A DNA stretch of 64,000 bases from Octopus sinensis (taxonomy: Eukaryota). Positions 12,531 to 25,302 of the stretch are shown in pieces. The stretch's first letter is position 1, and each line of letters starts with the position of its first letter. Location: assembly GCF_006345805.1 (NCBI RefSeq), contig NC_043006.1:66092001-66156000 (forward strand), given 5' to 3'. A model generated the notes under the pieces. That model searched no databases, was not told the origin of the DNA, and saw only the letters and a program-made list of their open reading frames with translations. The translations under genes and the position numbers were made by a program.

Positions 12531-13557
12531 ATATATAAGAAAATAGTAAAGAGTGAAAAAACGACAGAAGGCTTAAATGTTAAAAAATATATATATTTGT
12601 GTCAAAATGTCTGGAGAATATTGGAAAAATTTTTTTCCTTTCCTTAAAATGACATAATTTCATAATTTTTAAAGAAATACCGGTTTCGCGTGTAGCTTTT
12701 CAAATTTCTTGTGACGTTATGTTTATATTGCATGGAGTTATCGTTGTGTTTATTTTCAGGAGATTTCTAAATAAGGGGAGGTAGTGAGTGATTTCTTCCG
12801 GTGTAAGGGAGATAATCGCTTAAAAATTTTTTTCCTTTCCCTTGTTAATTTCTCTTTGTCTGTATGTTCGGATGGTTGAGTCTGGGTTTGTACTTTTCAA
12901 TGAAGAATGTTTCCTTGTTCAGTCTCATTTGTGTTGATGATCCGAAAGCACATTGGTAAAATGGGAAGATTAAAAATTGTGGCAGTAGTTGCTTTGCGCA
13001 TTTCTCAATGTGTTCACTAAAAGGTATCATTCTATCTTTTAGTGAACACATTGAGAAATGCGCAAAGCAACTACTGCCACAATTTTTAATCTTCCCATTT
13101 TACCAATGTGCTTTCGGATCATCAACACAAATGAGACTGAACAAGGAAACATTCTTCATTGAAAAGTACAAACCCAGACTCAACCATCTGAACATACTGA
13201 CACAGAGAAATTAACAAGGGAAAGGAAAAAAAATTTTAAGCGATTATCTCCCTTACACCGGAAGAAATCACTCACTACCTCCCCTTATTTAGAAATCTCC
13301 TGAAAATAAACACAACGATAACTCCATGCAATATAAACATAACGTCACAAGAAATTTGAAAAGCTACACGCGAAACCGGTATTTCTTTAAAAATTATGAA
13401 ATTATGTCATTTTAAGGAAAGGAAAAAAATTTTTCCAATATTCTCCAGACATTTTGACACAAATATATATATTTTTTAACATTTAAGCCTTCTGTCGTTT
13501 TTTCACTCTTTACTATTTTCTTATATATTCACCCACGTGCTTTACCAAACAAACTTT

Positions 13558-13560
<3 letters not shown>
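12531..13560. mobile_element. Young PLE 3' end inserted as a near-perfect palindrome in (TA)n
   Basis: Arms 12531-13023 and 13036-13528 with a 12-nt spacer. Both encode the GIY-YIG C-terminus FSEHIEKCAKQLLPQFLIFPFYQ..RLNKETFFIEKYKPRLN. Confidence 0.9.
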
Positions 13561-13626
<66 letters not shown>

Positions 13627-13628
<2 letters not shown>

Positions 13629-14281
13629 CCGACACAGAAGCCGACAGTAAAAAAATGTGGAAGACCCAATTGCGGGATATGTGACTATCTAATTGAGGGA
13701 TCAGAGTTCTCCTTCAAACAGGGACAACGGTTTACAGTGAAAAGCAACTTCACATGTGCTTCGGAGAACCTAATATACTCACTAACCTGCTCCGGGTGTC
13801 AAGAGCAGTACATAGGCCAAACAAAAAATAGTTTGCGTAAACGAATGGCCCTGCACAGATCCCAGATAAAAATTCCCCAAAACAGAAAAATAGCTTTCAG
13901 CCAACACATAGATACTTGCGCCAACAACAAAACACCAGGCTTCAGGATTTTCCCCCTCTACCAATTTAGGGACGATACAACCTCGAGACAACGAATAAGT
14001 AAAGAAACTCTCTTTATTACAAAATACAGGCCACTTCTTAACGGGTCTACGACAAACGATTAATATACCTCAACTTTAGAATAAAAGAAATATACACACA
14101 CAAATATTACATTCCAAAAAATCCATTACTAATCAGCCCCAATCACAGCTATAATCCATAACATGCCAACTTCAAGTCATACAACACCTCACTACTTTCA
14201 CCCATTCATATTCTCCCTTCTATGTTTTCTTCTTCTTCCTCCTCTTCTTCTTCATCATCATCATTATCATCATCATCATCG

Positions 14282-14362
<81 letters not shown>

Positions 14363-14870
14363 ACATTGTCATCTTCTTCTTCTTCTTCTTCTTCTTCTTC
14401 TCCACCTTCTACCTCTTAACTTTATCACTAATGCTTTTTAGTAAAACACCTACGCAAATTCCATAAACAAACCTCTCAATAGAAATATTCTCCTGAATTG
14501 AACTGCAACTGCTAGCCGTCACTGACCATTCAAAATACAACAATCAAGGCACTCCCAAATTTTTCCACCCCCTCTCCTCATCAGCCTTCTTCTTCTTCTA
14601 CCCTACCAAGAATTCACAACGACTTCGAACACACAAGTGCAAACAAGGGAGTCAGAGAAAGGCAGAATGCCACTTATATCTGAACACTACACAAATATTC
14701 CTTTAAAAAAACTTTTCTTCTAATTTTTCTAAATTTAATTATTTAATCGTTACAGTTGAAAAGGTCTCAAAATGACCGAAACCGGAACTGAAATGTTCTT
14801 TATAAAATTATTTTAGCATTTTCTATTTTGACTTGTTTTTTCATATATATCAACTCGTGTGTTCCTTTTT
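13627..14870 (+). mobile_element. 5'-truncated Neptune-type PLE: GIY-YIG endonuclease plus 3' UTR with (CAT)n
   Basis: KKCGRPNCGIC..FTCASENLIYSLTCSGCQEQYIGQTKNSLRKRMALH..KETLFITKYRPLLN, stop at 14063. Hammerhead-like motif at 14753-14790. Confidence 0.9.
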
Positions 14871-14898
14871 ACCCTTATACACACACACACACACACAT

Positions 14899-14942
<44 letters not shown>

Positions 14943-14966
14943 CTAACTCCTCTAATATACCATGCA

Positions 14967-14999
<33 letters not shown>

Positions 15000-15462
15000 G
15001 CATGGTATATTAGAGGAGTTAGTTATAATTTATTTTTCACTCGTATTGAAATGTTAGAACAAATTTATTAATGGGTTGACTAGTATAACTAGTGTTTGTT
15101 TTACTAAGCACTCCATCGGTTACGACGACGAAGGTTCCAGCCTGCTCGTGAAATTAACGTGCAAGTGGCTGAGCACTCCAGACACGTGTACCCTTAACGT
15201 AGTTCTCGGGGAGATTCAGGTAGAACAGAAACAGAAAGAAAGAGTGAGGGAACGTTGTGGTGGAAGAATGTAGCAGGGTTCGCCACCACACCCTGCTGGA
15301 GCGACGTGGAGCTTTAGGTGTTTTCATTCAATATACACTCACAACGCCCAGTCCGGGAATCGAAACCGCGATCCTACGACCACAAGTTCGCTGCCCCAAC
15401 CACTGGGCCATTGTGCCTCCACTTTACTACGTTATATAGTATACATGTATTTATATAGTGTG

Positions 15463-15786
15463 AGGGCGCGTGGCTTAGTGGTTAGGGCATTCGGCTCATG
15501 ATCGTAAGGTTGTGAGTTCGATTCCCGGCGACGCGTTGTGTCCTTGAGCAAGACACTTTATTTCACGTTGCTCCAGTCCACTCAGCTGGCAAAAATGAGT
15601 TGTACTTGTATTTCAAAGGGTCAGCCTTGTCACTCTCTGTGTCACGCTGATTATCCCCGAGAACTACGTTAAGGGTACACGTGTCTGTGGAATGCTCAGC
15701 CATTTGCACGTTAATTTCACGAGCAAGCTGTTCCGTTGATCGTATCAGCTGGGACCCTCGTCGTCGTAACCGGCGGAGTCAAAGAG
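15463..15786 (+). mobile_element. tRNA-derived SINE, family C, full length; fragments near 4330 (-), 7709 (+), 15105 (-)
   Basis: A-box TGGCTTAGTGG, B-box GTTCGATTC, body TGTCCTTGAGCAAGACACTT. 14-bp TSD ATTTATATAGTGTG (15449-15462 and 15787-15800). Confidence 0.9.
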
Positions 15787-16822
15787 ATTTATATAGTGTG
15801 GGTGAATGTTACAAGTATACTTCAGGAAAATATAAGGAATGAGGATGTGCTTGTGATTGTATGAAAGATAGTTTTGTGTTTAAGATATATGTATATGTAG
15901 GAATCTGTATACATGTATATGTTTACGCGTGTTTGTATATCTGTCTAAATGTATGTAAATGTATATTTGTGCGTAGGTGTACTAATGTACATACTTTTTA
16001 TGTACGTGCATGTATGTTTGTTTTTGTATATGTGTGTAAGAGGAAATAATAACCGGCTCACAACAATAAAAATACCATCAACAATAGCAACAACAACACT
16101 AACGACTTTATCAACAATAACCAATCAATGCAACCATTTAACAAACAATACCTACCTTAAAAATAGAACTAATCAATCAATTAAACAAATGCAAGTAAAA
16201 AAGGAAAAATGAAAAACAACTCTATGAAAAAGTGAAAATAAATCGACAAAATTTTTTTTCCTTCCATTGTTAGCAGACGACGAGTTAGATCTTCGGTAAT
16301 TGTCGATGATTTCCGTCGACGTTCTTTTGATAAACTTCCTCGCAACACGTAGCCGCCATTTTGACTCGGCCTCTTCTCTCTTTCGTTGTGTTTGTAGTTT
16401 TGTTTTGTTGATAGCGTTCCTTTTATGGCCCATTGCTCTTCTTGTTATTGTTGTTGGTGGTGCCGCTGATACTGCCGCTGCCTGTGGCACCAGCATAGTG
16501 GTTGTTCTTAGAGTATTAATGCTCCCATCTTATTTAATGTTCCCCCGTGAAAAAATATAAAGAGTTATATATTTTTTGTTTTACTTCATTATATAATTTT
16601 CGTACTGTTTTTGACTATATGAATGTCTTTCATCTTTCCTAGTATTTTCTTCCTTTTTTCCTACTCTTTCTGTCGTTCCTCCTACCTTTGCTTTTCATTG
16701 ATTTCTTTCCTCCTCATTTATTCTACTTCTTTCAGTTCTCTCCTTCACCTTCTTTCTTCGGTTCTCTCTTTCGCCTTCCTTCTTCTTTTCCCTCTTACAC
16801 ATTCTTTCTTCGCTTCCCCCAA

Positions 16823-16864
<42 letters not shown>

Positions 16865-16896
16865 CACTATTTTATGTTCAATGAGAACTTTTGTAG

Positions 16897-17080
16897 GATT
16901 CGTTCAGCTATCAGTACTCGGAGTATATCAGTAAAATATTCTGCCAAGAAGTGGGTTAAAAACAACAGTCTTAACTCACGCTCCCATTCACCCCTAGGCT
17001 CGCCTTCACTTGACCGAGGAAGCTTAACGAGGAAGCAGACACAAACTAGGTTCAAATACGGCTTCTCCAACAAGGGTTAA
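16897..17080 (+). CDS. Candidate coding exon of an unknown gene
   Basis: Non-repetitive segment after TTTTGTAG with open frame IRSAISTRSISVKYSAKKW..SHSPLGSPSLDRGSLTRKQ..SNKG then TAA. No recognisable family. Confidence 0.25.
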
Positions 17081-19923
17081 CTCTTCAAACCATCCCGCCT
17101 GAGTTCACTTCTGATTCTACGATATAAACTTCTTGTTTCAGATTGAGCAAAGTCAAAACCTTTCATTAAAATTCTATTAAAATTTTCTTCCAAGCATAAA
17201 TCTAATAGCGACTTTATTAAATTATTTCCAAAATGCTTTGAAACAAAGGTCTGTTTATTTCAATGGAAATATGGTAACAAAAGGACGTTTTCTTTTTCTT
17301 AATTCTTTTCCCCTTTCAGATCTCTATCCTCTTTTGTCTCCTTAAATTTGCAAATGTTAAAACTAATGTGCGCATGCGCATATTGACACACATTCCTATC
17401 CTTTGTTTTTATGCGTTGCCATAGCTAATGACATAATTATTTTTTCCCTTTCTGTTTCATTAACTCCCTATTAACTTCTCTACCTCACTGCACTTGCCTC
17501 CCACGCAAGCACTCTTTGTTGTAGTAGTTCGCTAGCAAATTTTGTGCGCATGCGCACTGTAGAAAAATCATCACCCCACTCTCCCTTAGCTGCTTGCTTT
17601 AATGTCTGTGTGAGTATTCTTTTACTTGTTTCAGTCCTTTGGCTGCGGCCATGCTGAAGCACCGCCTTTAGTCGAACAAATCGATCCCAGGACATTCTTT
17701 GTAAGTCTGGTACTTATTCTATCGTTCCCTTTTGCCAAAACGCTAAGTTACAAGGACGTAAACACACCAACATCGGTTGTCAAGCCATGGTAGGAGGACA
17801 AACAGACACACAAACATATACACACACATACATATATACGACGGGCTTCTTTCAGTTTCCGTCTACCAAATCCACTCACAAGGCTTTGGTCGGCCCGAGG
17901 CTATAGTAGAAGACACTTGCCCAAGGTGCCACGCAGTGGGACTGAACCCGGAGCCATGTGGTTGGTAAGCAAGCTACTTACACACAAACATATACACATA
18001 CGTATATATACATATATACGTCGTGCTTCTTTCAGTTTCCGCCTACCAAATCCACTCACAAGGCTTTGGTCGGCCCGAGGCTATAGAAGACGACACTTTC
18101 CCAAGGTGCCACGCAGTGGGATTGAACTCGGAACCAATTGGTTGGGAAGGACAACTTGCTGGGGCTGTCTGCTGGAGCCTAGCAGCAGGTATTTAAAGGA
18201 AAAAAATTAACAAGACAGTCAGTCGCCCGCTGACACTCGTTGACGCTACAGCGAAGAAGTCAGGGAACAGAAGAAAGAAGAAGAAAGAAGACATGCACCC
18301 AACACCAGAGCTGAAGACACCTCCGAAGGGGAGGGGGGCCTGCAACGTCAAAACGGTAGAGGATTAGAGGCCGAAACCGGACGTGGTTCCTCCTGATGAT
18401 GTCTTGAGCTAACTGGATCCTATAAAGGAGCTGTTGTGGTAGCAGACCACGAAACCCGGTTGAAATTCCTCCGACATGATTTTGGATGCATTTCCACCGC
18501 GTGGCACCTTGGGCAAGTATCTTCTACTATAGCCTCGGGCCACCAAACCCATGTAAGTAGATTTGGTTGACAGAAACTGAAAGAAGCCCGTCTCACACAC
18601 ACACACACACACTTGTGTATGTATAGGTGTCATTGTGTCTGTTTGTCCCCACTACTGCTTGGCAACTGCTGTTGATTTGGGCACACACCTGTAACTATGG
18701 CTGCTATGTTTCGCCAGTAAGACCACACACACACACGCGCGCGCGCGCGCTCACGAGCGTGCAGAAAATATCTCATGCTAATGTCACAAATCTATTTAAT
18801 ATGTTCATCAAACGCTACCTCGTGTGCAGTTGAAATTGTTTAAAAGATATTTGCTTTCATACGTACACGTAGACTTGAGTTCTGGCATTTCGGTTTCTTC
18901 TTATTGCTGTTTTGTTATTGTCATTAATAATTGCAATGATGATAATGATGGTGATGAGGATGGAATCCGAGTTCTCCCCCCCCCCCCCCAACCCCCACTT
19001 CACTCCCACACCTGCACTTATTTGAAATGTCATTATCTCAACTCACCCACCACACAGAAACTTTCCCTCAAATTTTTCTCCAAACATTTTCTTTCTCCTT
19101 TTTCCTTTTTGTCCCACTCCAACAAACCCTACACCTGCTCTACCCTAAAAGACCCCATTAATTAATAACAATCCATGAGATCGATTCTTCACCAATCCCC
19201 GCTCCATCTCGCTCAGGCACCTTTTGAAAAATTGTGAGGAAGTAGATTGATTGATTCGAACTGTCAACCACCACCTCTATCCCTAACCACACCTATTCCC
19301 AACCACACCTAGCCACCCCACCACCGCCGCTGTTACCACCAGACCCCTGCATAATCGCCTGTCTTTCCAAATACCTTCTGCAGCTCTTCATATCCACTAC
19401 TATCACCAATTCCAATCATCATTCCCACTCCACTACCTCCTCATCCTTTCCCCCCCCACAGCTAAATTCTCTTCTCCGCCGTCCCCACAACATTAAATCA
19501 CCTCTGACTTTCTTCACTACCACAAACCACCACCAGCGCCACCACCTTTCTCGCCATATTACTGATAATTTTAATCATTATCTATTTCCATCACCCCACT
19601 TCTACACCACTACAATGAAACAACAAAATCACTTCCATCACTGCCAACACCACAAATGCCGAAAAATATAATCATTATTAACGCAAACGTATTAAATATT
19701 AAACCGGAAAGTCAGAGATTACGTTTATATGTAGGTACAAAGGCAAGGCAAACATCTCTAAAGCGCAGGCGTGGCTATGACGAAAGAGGTTAGCTTTCCA
19801 AGCACGTGGTTCTGGGTTCAATCCCACTGCATGACACCTTAGGAAAGTGTCTTCTACAATAGTCTCGGGCCGACCAAAGCCTTGAGAATGGATTTGGTTG
19901 ACAGAAACTGAAAGAAACCCGTC

Positions 19924-19954
<31 letters not shown>

Positions 19955-21396
19955 TGTATGTATGTATGTATGTATGCATGTATGCATGTATGTATGCATG
20001 TATGTATCTATCTATCTTTGTGTGTGTGTGTCTTTGTGGCTGTTGCCCGCTGCCGTTTGACAACCGGTGGTGGTTTGTTTACGTTCCCATAAGTTAGCGG
20101 TTCGGCACAAGCGACCGAAAAATAAGTACTACACTTCAGTCATAAACGCGTTTTAGAACAAACTATTGTTTTATTATCATTTATGCAAACGTTGAATGAG
20201 CTTGCATACTCTTTTACTTGTTTCAGTAATTTGACTGCGGCCATGCTGGAGCACCGCCTTTAGTCGAGCAAGTCGACCCCCCAGGATTTATTCTTTGTAA
20301 GCCTAGTACTTATTCTATCGGTCTCTTTTGCCGAACCACTAAGTTACAGGGACGTAAATACACCAGCATCGGTTGTGAAGCGATGTTGGGGGTGGGGGGG
20401 ACAAACACAGACACACAAACATAAATGCTTGATATGTAATACCAGTCTCATTGAAAAGTTGAACGGCCAATCCCAGAATCACAGCGGACGGAAGTCACAC
20501 CTTTAAATACATATATGTTTCCCAACATGCATACACACACAGAGATATACACCACACGCGTGGACTGATGTACGCTGCGGTTAGAAACGAAGTAAAAAGT
20601 ACAAAATGGAATTTGTGCATTTTATTAGAAGCTGAAGCTTCTTCAATTGTTAGAATTTCAGGTCGCCGACTATTGATATATTTGAAGAGAAGTAGCGTGA
20701 AAATATATAAGAAACAATACTTACAAATATCACAATATCAATTATCGAAATTTGACTTGTTGCGACTCCCGAACCGTTAGAAAATGTATCTCGTATTCAT
20801 GTCTTCAATTGCTAGATGCAGGACACATAATGCGTTCTTCTGTTCTTATGCAAAAAACCACGTAATGTTTTCATACCTTCACAACGTGTAAAACTCATGA
20901 AAACAAGAAATATACCTATTGCAGTTTATGTTGATGAGTAACTAAATGATTTATCTTCAATATGTGGCCACCCTGTCCTACTATATGGAAAATAATCTAC
21001 TTTCGTGAGTTGGTATTTGGAAACTTCTCTCTCTACTAATATTGATGGAAGCGTCTGCAAGACTTTACGAATTTCCATCTCTTATTGAATTATGTTATAT
21101 TTACTCGAGGGATAAGAATCACACTTTCTGGAACCATTAATTCTTGATACTATAATCCTGTAAGTTCCAGATTGATTCGAATAGAGATTGAGGCGATGAA
21201 GCTTCTTTCCAGGTGCCTGCATATATACGTATGTTATGATAATTTACTGTTAAACGAATTTTCAGTATGCCTCCATATTGCTGTTACTTGCGAGAGAAGG
21301 CAAAAAAACCCCAAAAAACGAAACAAACAAAACAAAACAAAACCCAAAACCCAGTACTTTAGAAAAGACATATGGTCTGCGATGACAGATTTTAGA

Positions 21397-21553
21397 TTAT
21401 TTACATTATTTATATTTGACGGATATTTGTCCTCATCTTTGTTGTTAACACAACGTTTCGGCTGATATACACTCCAGCCTTCATCAGGTGTCTTGGGAAA
21501 ATTTCGAATCTGGGTTCTCATTCCTAAGGTATTTTTCGATGTTGATGTTGTTG

Positions 21554-21595
<42 letters not shown>

Positions 21596-22701
21596 TCACT
21601 GTCTGGAATCTTGGGGTTAGTAGCCCGCGCTCTTAACCACTACACCATATGCTCATGAGCAATTATGGAGTGAATTTTAGTGCTTATAAATCTAATATTC
21701 TCCTGTCCTTCCTTAATACCGGTTCCCATATGCTGTTCATATCGGCACTCAGTCTGCTTAGGAGGTTGTTGTGTCCTAGCATATGTGCTGCTTCTTTTAG
21801 TTTTCATATTTTCCAGTGGTGTTCTCTGTCTATTATTTTAACTTCATCCCACAGGGGGAGGTGGTTTCCATTTTTCCACACATGATTATCTATACCCGAT
21901 TTATCAATATCTCCCCGTGTCACAGCTTTGCGATGTTCCTCTACCTTTATTTTGAGGGGACGGCATGTTTCAACTTTGTATAACCTACCACAAATGCATG
22001 GGATGGAGTACACGCAGTTCTTAGTCATATTCTCTTCTATTGGTGGTTTTATTCGAATGAGATATTTGCGAAGTGTTGTATTGCTCTTGAATACTGTCCT
22101 GATGTCATATGGGCCGTATATATTTTGTCTCTTTTCGGAGAGGCCTTTCACATAGGGTAGACAGACTGGACAGTTAATCGGTTTCATCCCCTCTTTTCTT
22201 CATAATTGGAGTGGATAGTATGCTTTTGGGGTAGTTGTTGCTTAAAATAATAGACAGAGAACACCACTAGAAAATATGAAAACTAAAAGAAGCAGCACAT
22301 ATGCTAGGACACAACAACCTCCTAAGCAGACTGAGTGCCGACATGAACAGCATATGGGAACCGGCATTAAGGAAGGACAGGAGAATATTAGATTTATAAG
22401 CCCTAAAAGTCACTCCATAATTGCTCATGAACATATGGTGTAGTGGTTAAGAGCGCGGGCTACTAACCCCAAGATTCCGTCTTCGATTCCAGGTAGTGAC
22501 CTGAACAACAATAACAGCAGCAGCAACAACATCGAAAAATACCTTAGGAATGAGAACCCTGGTTCGAAATTTCCCCAAGACACCTGATGAAGGCTTGGAG
22601 GGTATATCAACTGAAACGTTGTATAACAACAAACAAGATGAGGACAAATATCTGTCAAATGTAAATAATGTACATAATTCCTCATCTCTTAAATATAGAA
22701 C
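21397..22701 (-). mobile_element. 5'-truncated PLE with inverted pseudo-LTR
   Basis: ORF 21804..22187 reads KNCVYSIPCICGRLYKVETCRPLKIKVEEH (GIY-YIG). ~21397-21840 is mirrored at ~22250-22700. 14-bp flanking repeat TGA(C/T)AGATTTTAGA (21383-21396 and 22702-22715). Confidence 0.9.
21447..21492 (-). ncRNA. Minimal type I hammerhead ribozyme
   Basis: GACAC-CTGATGA-A-GGCTG-gagtgtatat-CAGCC-GAAAC-GTT-GTGTT. Confidence 0.8.
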
Positions 22702-22889
22702 TGATAGATTTTAGAGTAATAACAATTACATAGTCTCGTAAGTCTATTTTTTTCATTTGCATTCACATATTTATCCACCTCCCAATAAATAACACCATTT
22801 ATATTTTTCTTACCATTCTGTGTCTTTTTTTTTGTTTTCAAGATACTTTCTGTTACTATCATATTTTATATTGTAACTTCAACCTCCCT

Positions 22890-23270
22890 AATATTTGCCC
22901 ACTGGATGGCATATACCTTTACCAAACACTAGCTTATCGAGTTAAGGTCTTTCTCTTGCAAATAATAGAAAAAACAAATAACTGTATAGGGCTTACTGAA
23001 ACTCCCTTTAAAAGACTTGCACAACATATGCATACATTTAGATACGTAAGATGCCACACCACACCAATCTCTAAATATATCTTGAATTTAAATGATGATA
23101 TTTGCTATATAAAATAGGTCCATTGTTCAAAACATGTCTGCTTACATTAATGACTTCAGAAAATATGATCCTTGTATTTCGGAGATGTATACAATCCTAA
23201 AACATTCCTTACATATTTCTGTTTTCCAAAATATTATACAACGAAACGCCGACAATGTTTCTATCACATC
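22890..23270 (+). pseudogene. Decayed PLE GIY-YIG remnant of a different family
   Basis: CPLDG.. followed by CIGLTETPFKRLAQHMHTFRY, with stops and frameshifts. Confidence 0.55.
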
Positions 23271-23449
23271 ACAATAAAGTATCTTTCATATACATTCTTC
23301 ACAACTTACAATTCCTATAATTTCTCTGCCTGTTTTTTTTTATCACACACACACACACACACACATTTTCTCTTTACTTGTTTAAGTTACTGGATTGCAG
23401 CCATGCTGGAGAATAATCTTGACGGATTTAGTCGAACATATCGAGCTAA

Positions 23450-23972
23450 CATTATTTACATTATTTATATTATTTACATTTGACGGATATTTGCCCTCAT
23501 GTTGTTTGTTATTAATACAACGTTTCGGCTGATACAACCTCCAGCCTTCATCAGGTGCCTTGGGGAAATTTCGAACATGGGGATTATTATTATCATTATT
23601 ATTCAGGTCACTGCCTGGAATCGAACTCAGAATCTTAGGGTTAGTAGTCCGCGCTCTTAACCACTACGCCATATGCCCGTGGGCCATAACCACTATGCCA
23701 TACGCCCACGGGATATGGCCTAGTGGTTAAGAGCGCAGGCTACTAATCCCAAGATTCCGAGTTCGATTCCAGGCAGTGACCTGAATAATAATAACATCGA
23801 AAAATACCTTAGGAATGAGAACCCAGGTTCGAAATTTCCCCAAGACACCTGATGAAGGCTGGAGGGTATATCAGCCGAAACGTTGTGTTAACAACTAACA
23901 AGATGAGGACAAATATCCATCAAATGTAAATAATTTACATAATTCATCATCTCTCAAATATAGAACTGTGAA
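23450..23972. mobile_element. ORF-less palindromic PLE derivative (two tRNA-like plus hammerhead modules, head to head) inserted in a SINE
   Basis: 10-bp TSD ATCGAGCTAA (23440-23449 and 23973-23982). The arms match the pseudo-LTR of the 21397-22701 element. Confidence 0.85.
23844..23889 (+). ncRNA. Minimal type I hammerhead ribozyme
   Basis: GACAC-CTGATGA-A-GGCTG-gagggtatat-CAGCC-GAAAC-GTT-GTGTT. Confidence 0.8.
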
Positions 23973-24160
23973 ATCGAGCTAAGTATCTTTCTGTTTTTTA
24001 AAAAAAATCTGATGTTTATTCAATCAGTTTCTATAGCCGAATCACTAAGTTACGGGGACATAAACAATCTAACACCGGTTGTCTGGCGGCGGTAGGTTGT
24101 AAAAAAACTACTCCCATAAACACACACACAAATACAGACAGAGGGACACGCACACACCCG

Positions 24161-24229
<69 letters not shown>

Positions 24230-24859
24230 TGGGCTTCCAGACAGTTTCTGTCTGCTAAATTCACTCACAAACCTTTGGTCGGCCTAGTACAAGAAACTTG
24301 CTCATGGTGCCACGCAAGTTTTTTTTCTTTTTCAGATGAATCAACATTTACAGGATGCTTATCCCTTTTCGTTACCATTCTTCCGAATCTTGAATTACAA
24401 TGAAGCAAAGATGAAATGGGAATGAAATCGGTTTAAAAATGGTAACCGAATCAAAGTGAAAACAAGCTAACGACAGCAGCAACAACAACAACACATACAC
24501 AGTTACTTGCATCAAGTTAATATCACTTTAAGAGCATAATGTTTCATAAATGATCATTATATTTCGATTCTTTTCCCCTAACGAAACTAAATTTCTCCAT
24601 TCTTGTTTAGGATTATCCCCCGCCTCCACATCTCAAAAGAAATATCATTCATGGGTTTATTGATGCGAGATTATTCATTTTCTTTTTCGTTTTTACCATT
24701 TATCTTAATTTTAAGAACCGATTTTAACGTCGAGAAGTATTTCATTCTAAAAGGTTCCTTCGTGTTATTTCACTTTATCTAATCTAGCCCTATAGCACAT
24801 AAGTATATTTATAACCTTCTATGTCTACTTAATTTTATGATTTCCTCATCTTCGTAATT

Positions 24860-25140
24860 GTATCCCATTAGCTTCCATATTTTCATTATTAAAACTCCAC
24901 CGATTCCATCCCATTAAGTCCTACTCCTGTTTACATTAAAGAGCCTATTTGATGTTTCATTCTTGGTGAACGGTTTCAACTCATCCATAAATAGGAGGTG
25001 ATTTACTTAAATGCTGCCTGCCTTTCATAATATAAAAGGTATCACTGATATACGAGCAAAACAAAAGCAAAAGAGGGCGATACAAGTTATCACCCCTTGC
25101 TGAAATATTCCCATCCTATTGATTTTAATATTCGCCCCTT
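24860..25140 (-). pseudogene. Decayed non-LTR reverse transcriptase remnant (R4/Dong-like)
   Basis: The minus strand gives a GIFQ..GD..SPL-like motif and NHLLFMDELK (cf. HLLFMDDLK). Confidence 0.6.
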
Positions 25141-25268
25141 ACCACCATCTCTTCACCTCTGAAAGCTTAATTTAATCTTTCCATTTACTCTACCCATACT
25201 CTTTATAATCAACTTCCATTCATTCCAATCTCACCACCACCACCATCACTACCACCACCTTCAACAAC

Positions 25269-25302
<34 letters not shown>

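Noticed and set aside
14220-14441. Poly-His/Ser/Met ORFs, also at 63726-63951
   Set aside because: (CAT)n microsatellites.
18305-18465. Two partial hammerhead-like stretches (GGCCT..AGGCC-GAAACCGGAC and GTGGT..ACCAC-GAAAC)
   Set aside because: The cores are incomplete and stem I or the cleavage site is missing; at most decayed relics.
23710-23781. Functional tRNA gene
   Set aside because: The acceptor and T stems pair poorly and the sequence sits in a repeat; treated as tRNA-derived. The same applies to the SINE heads.
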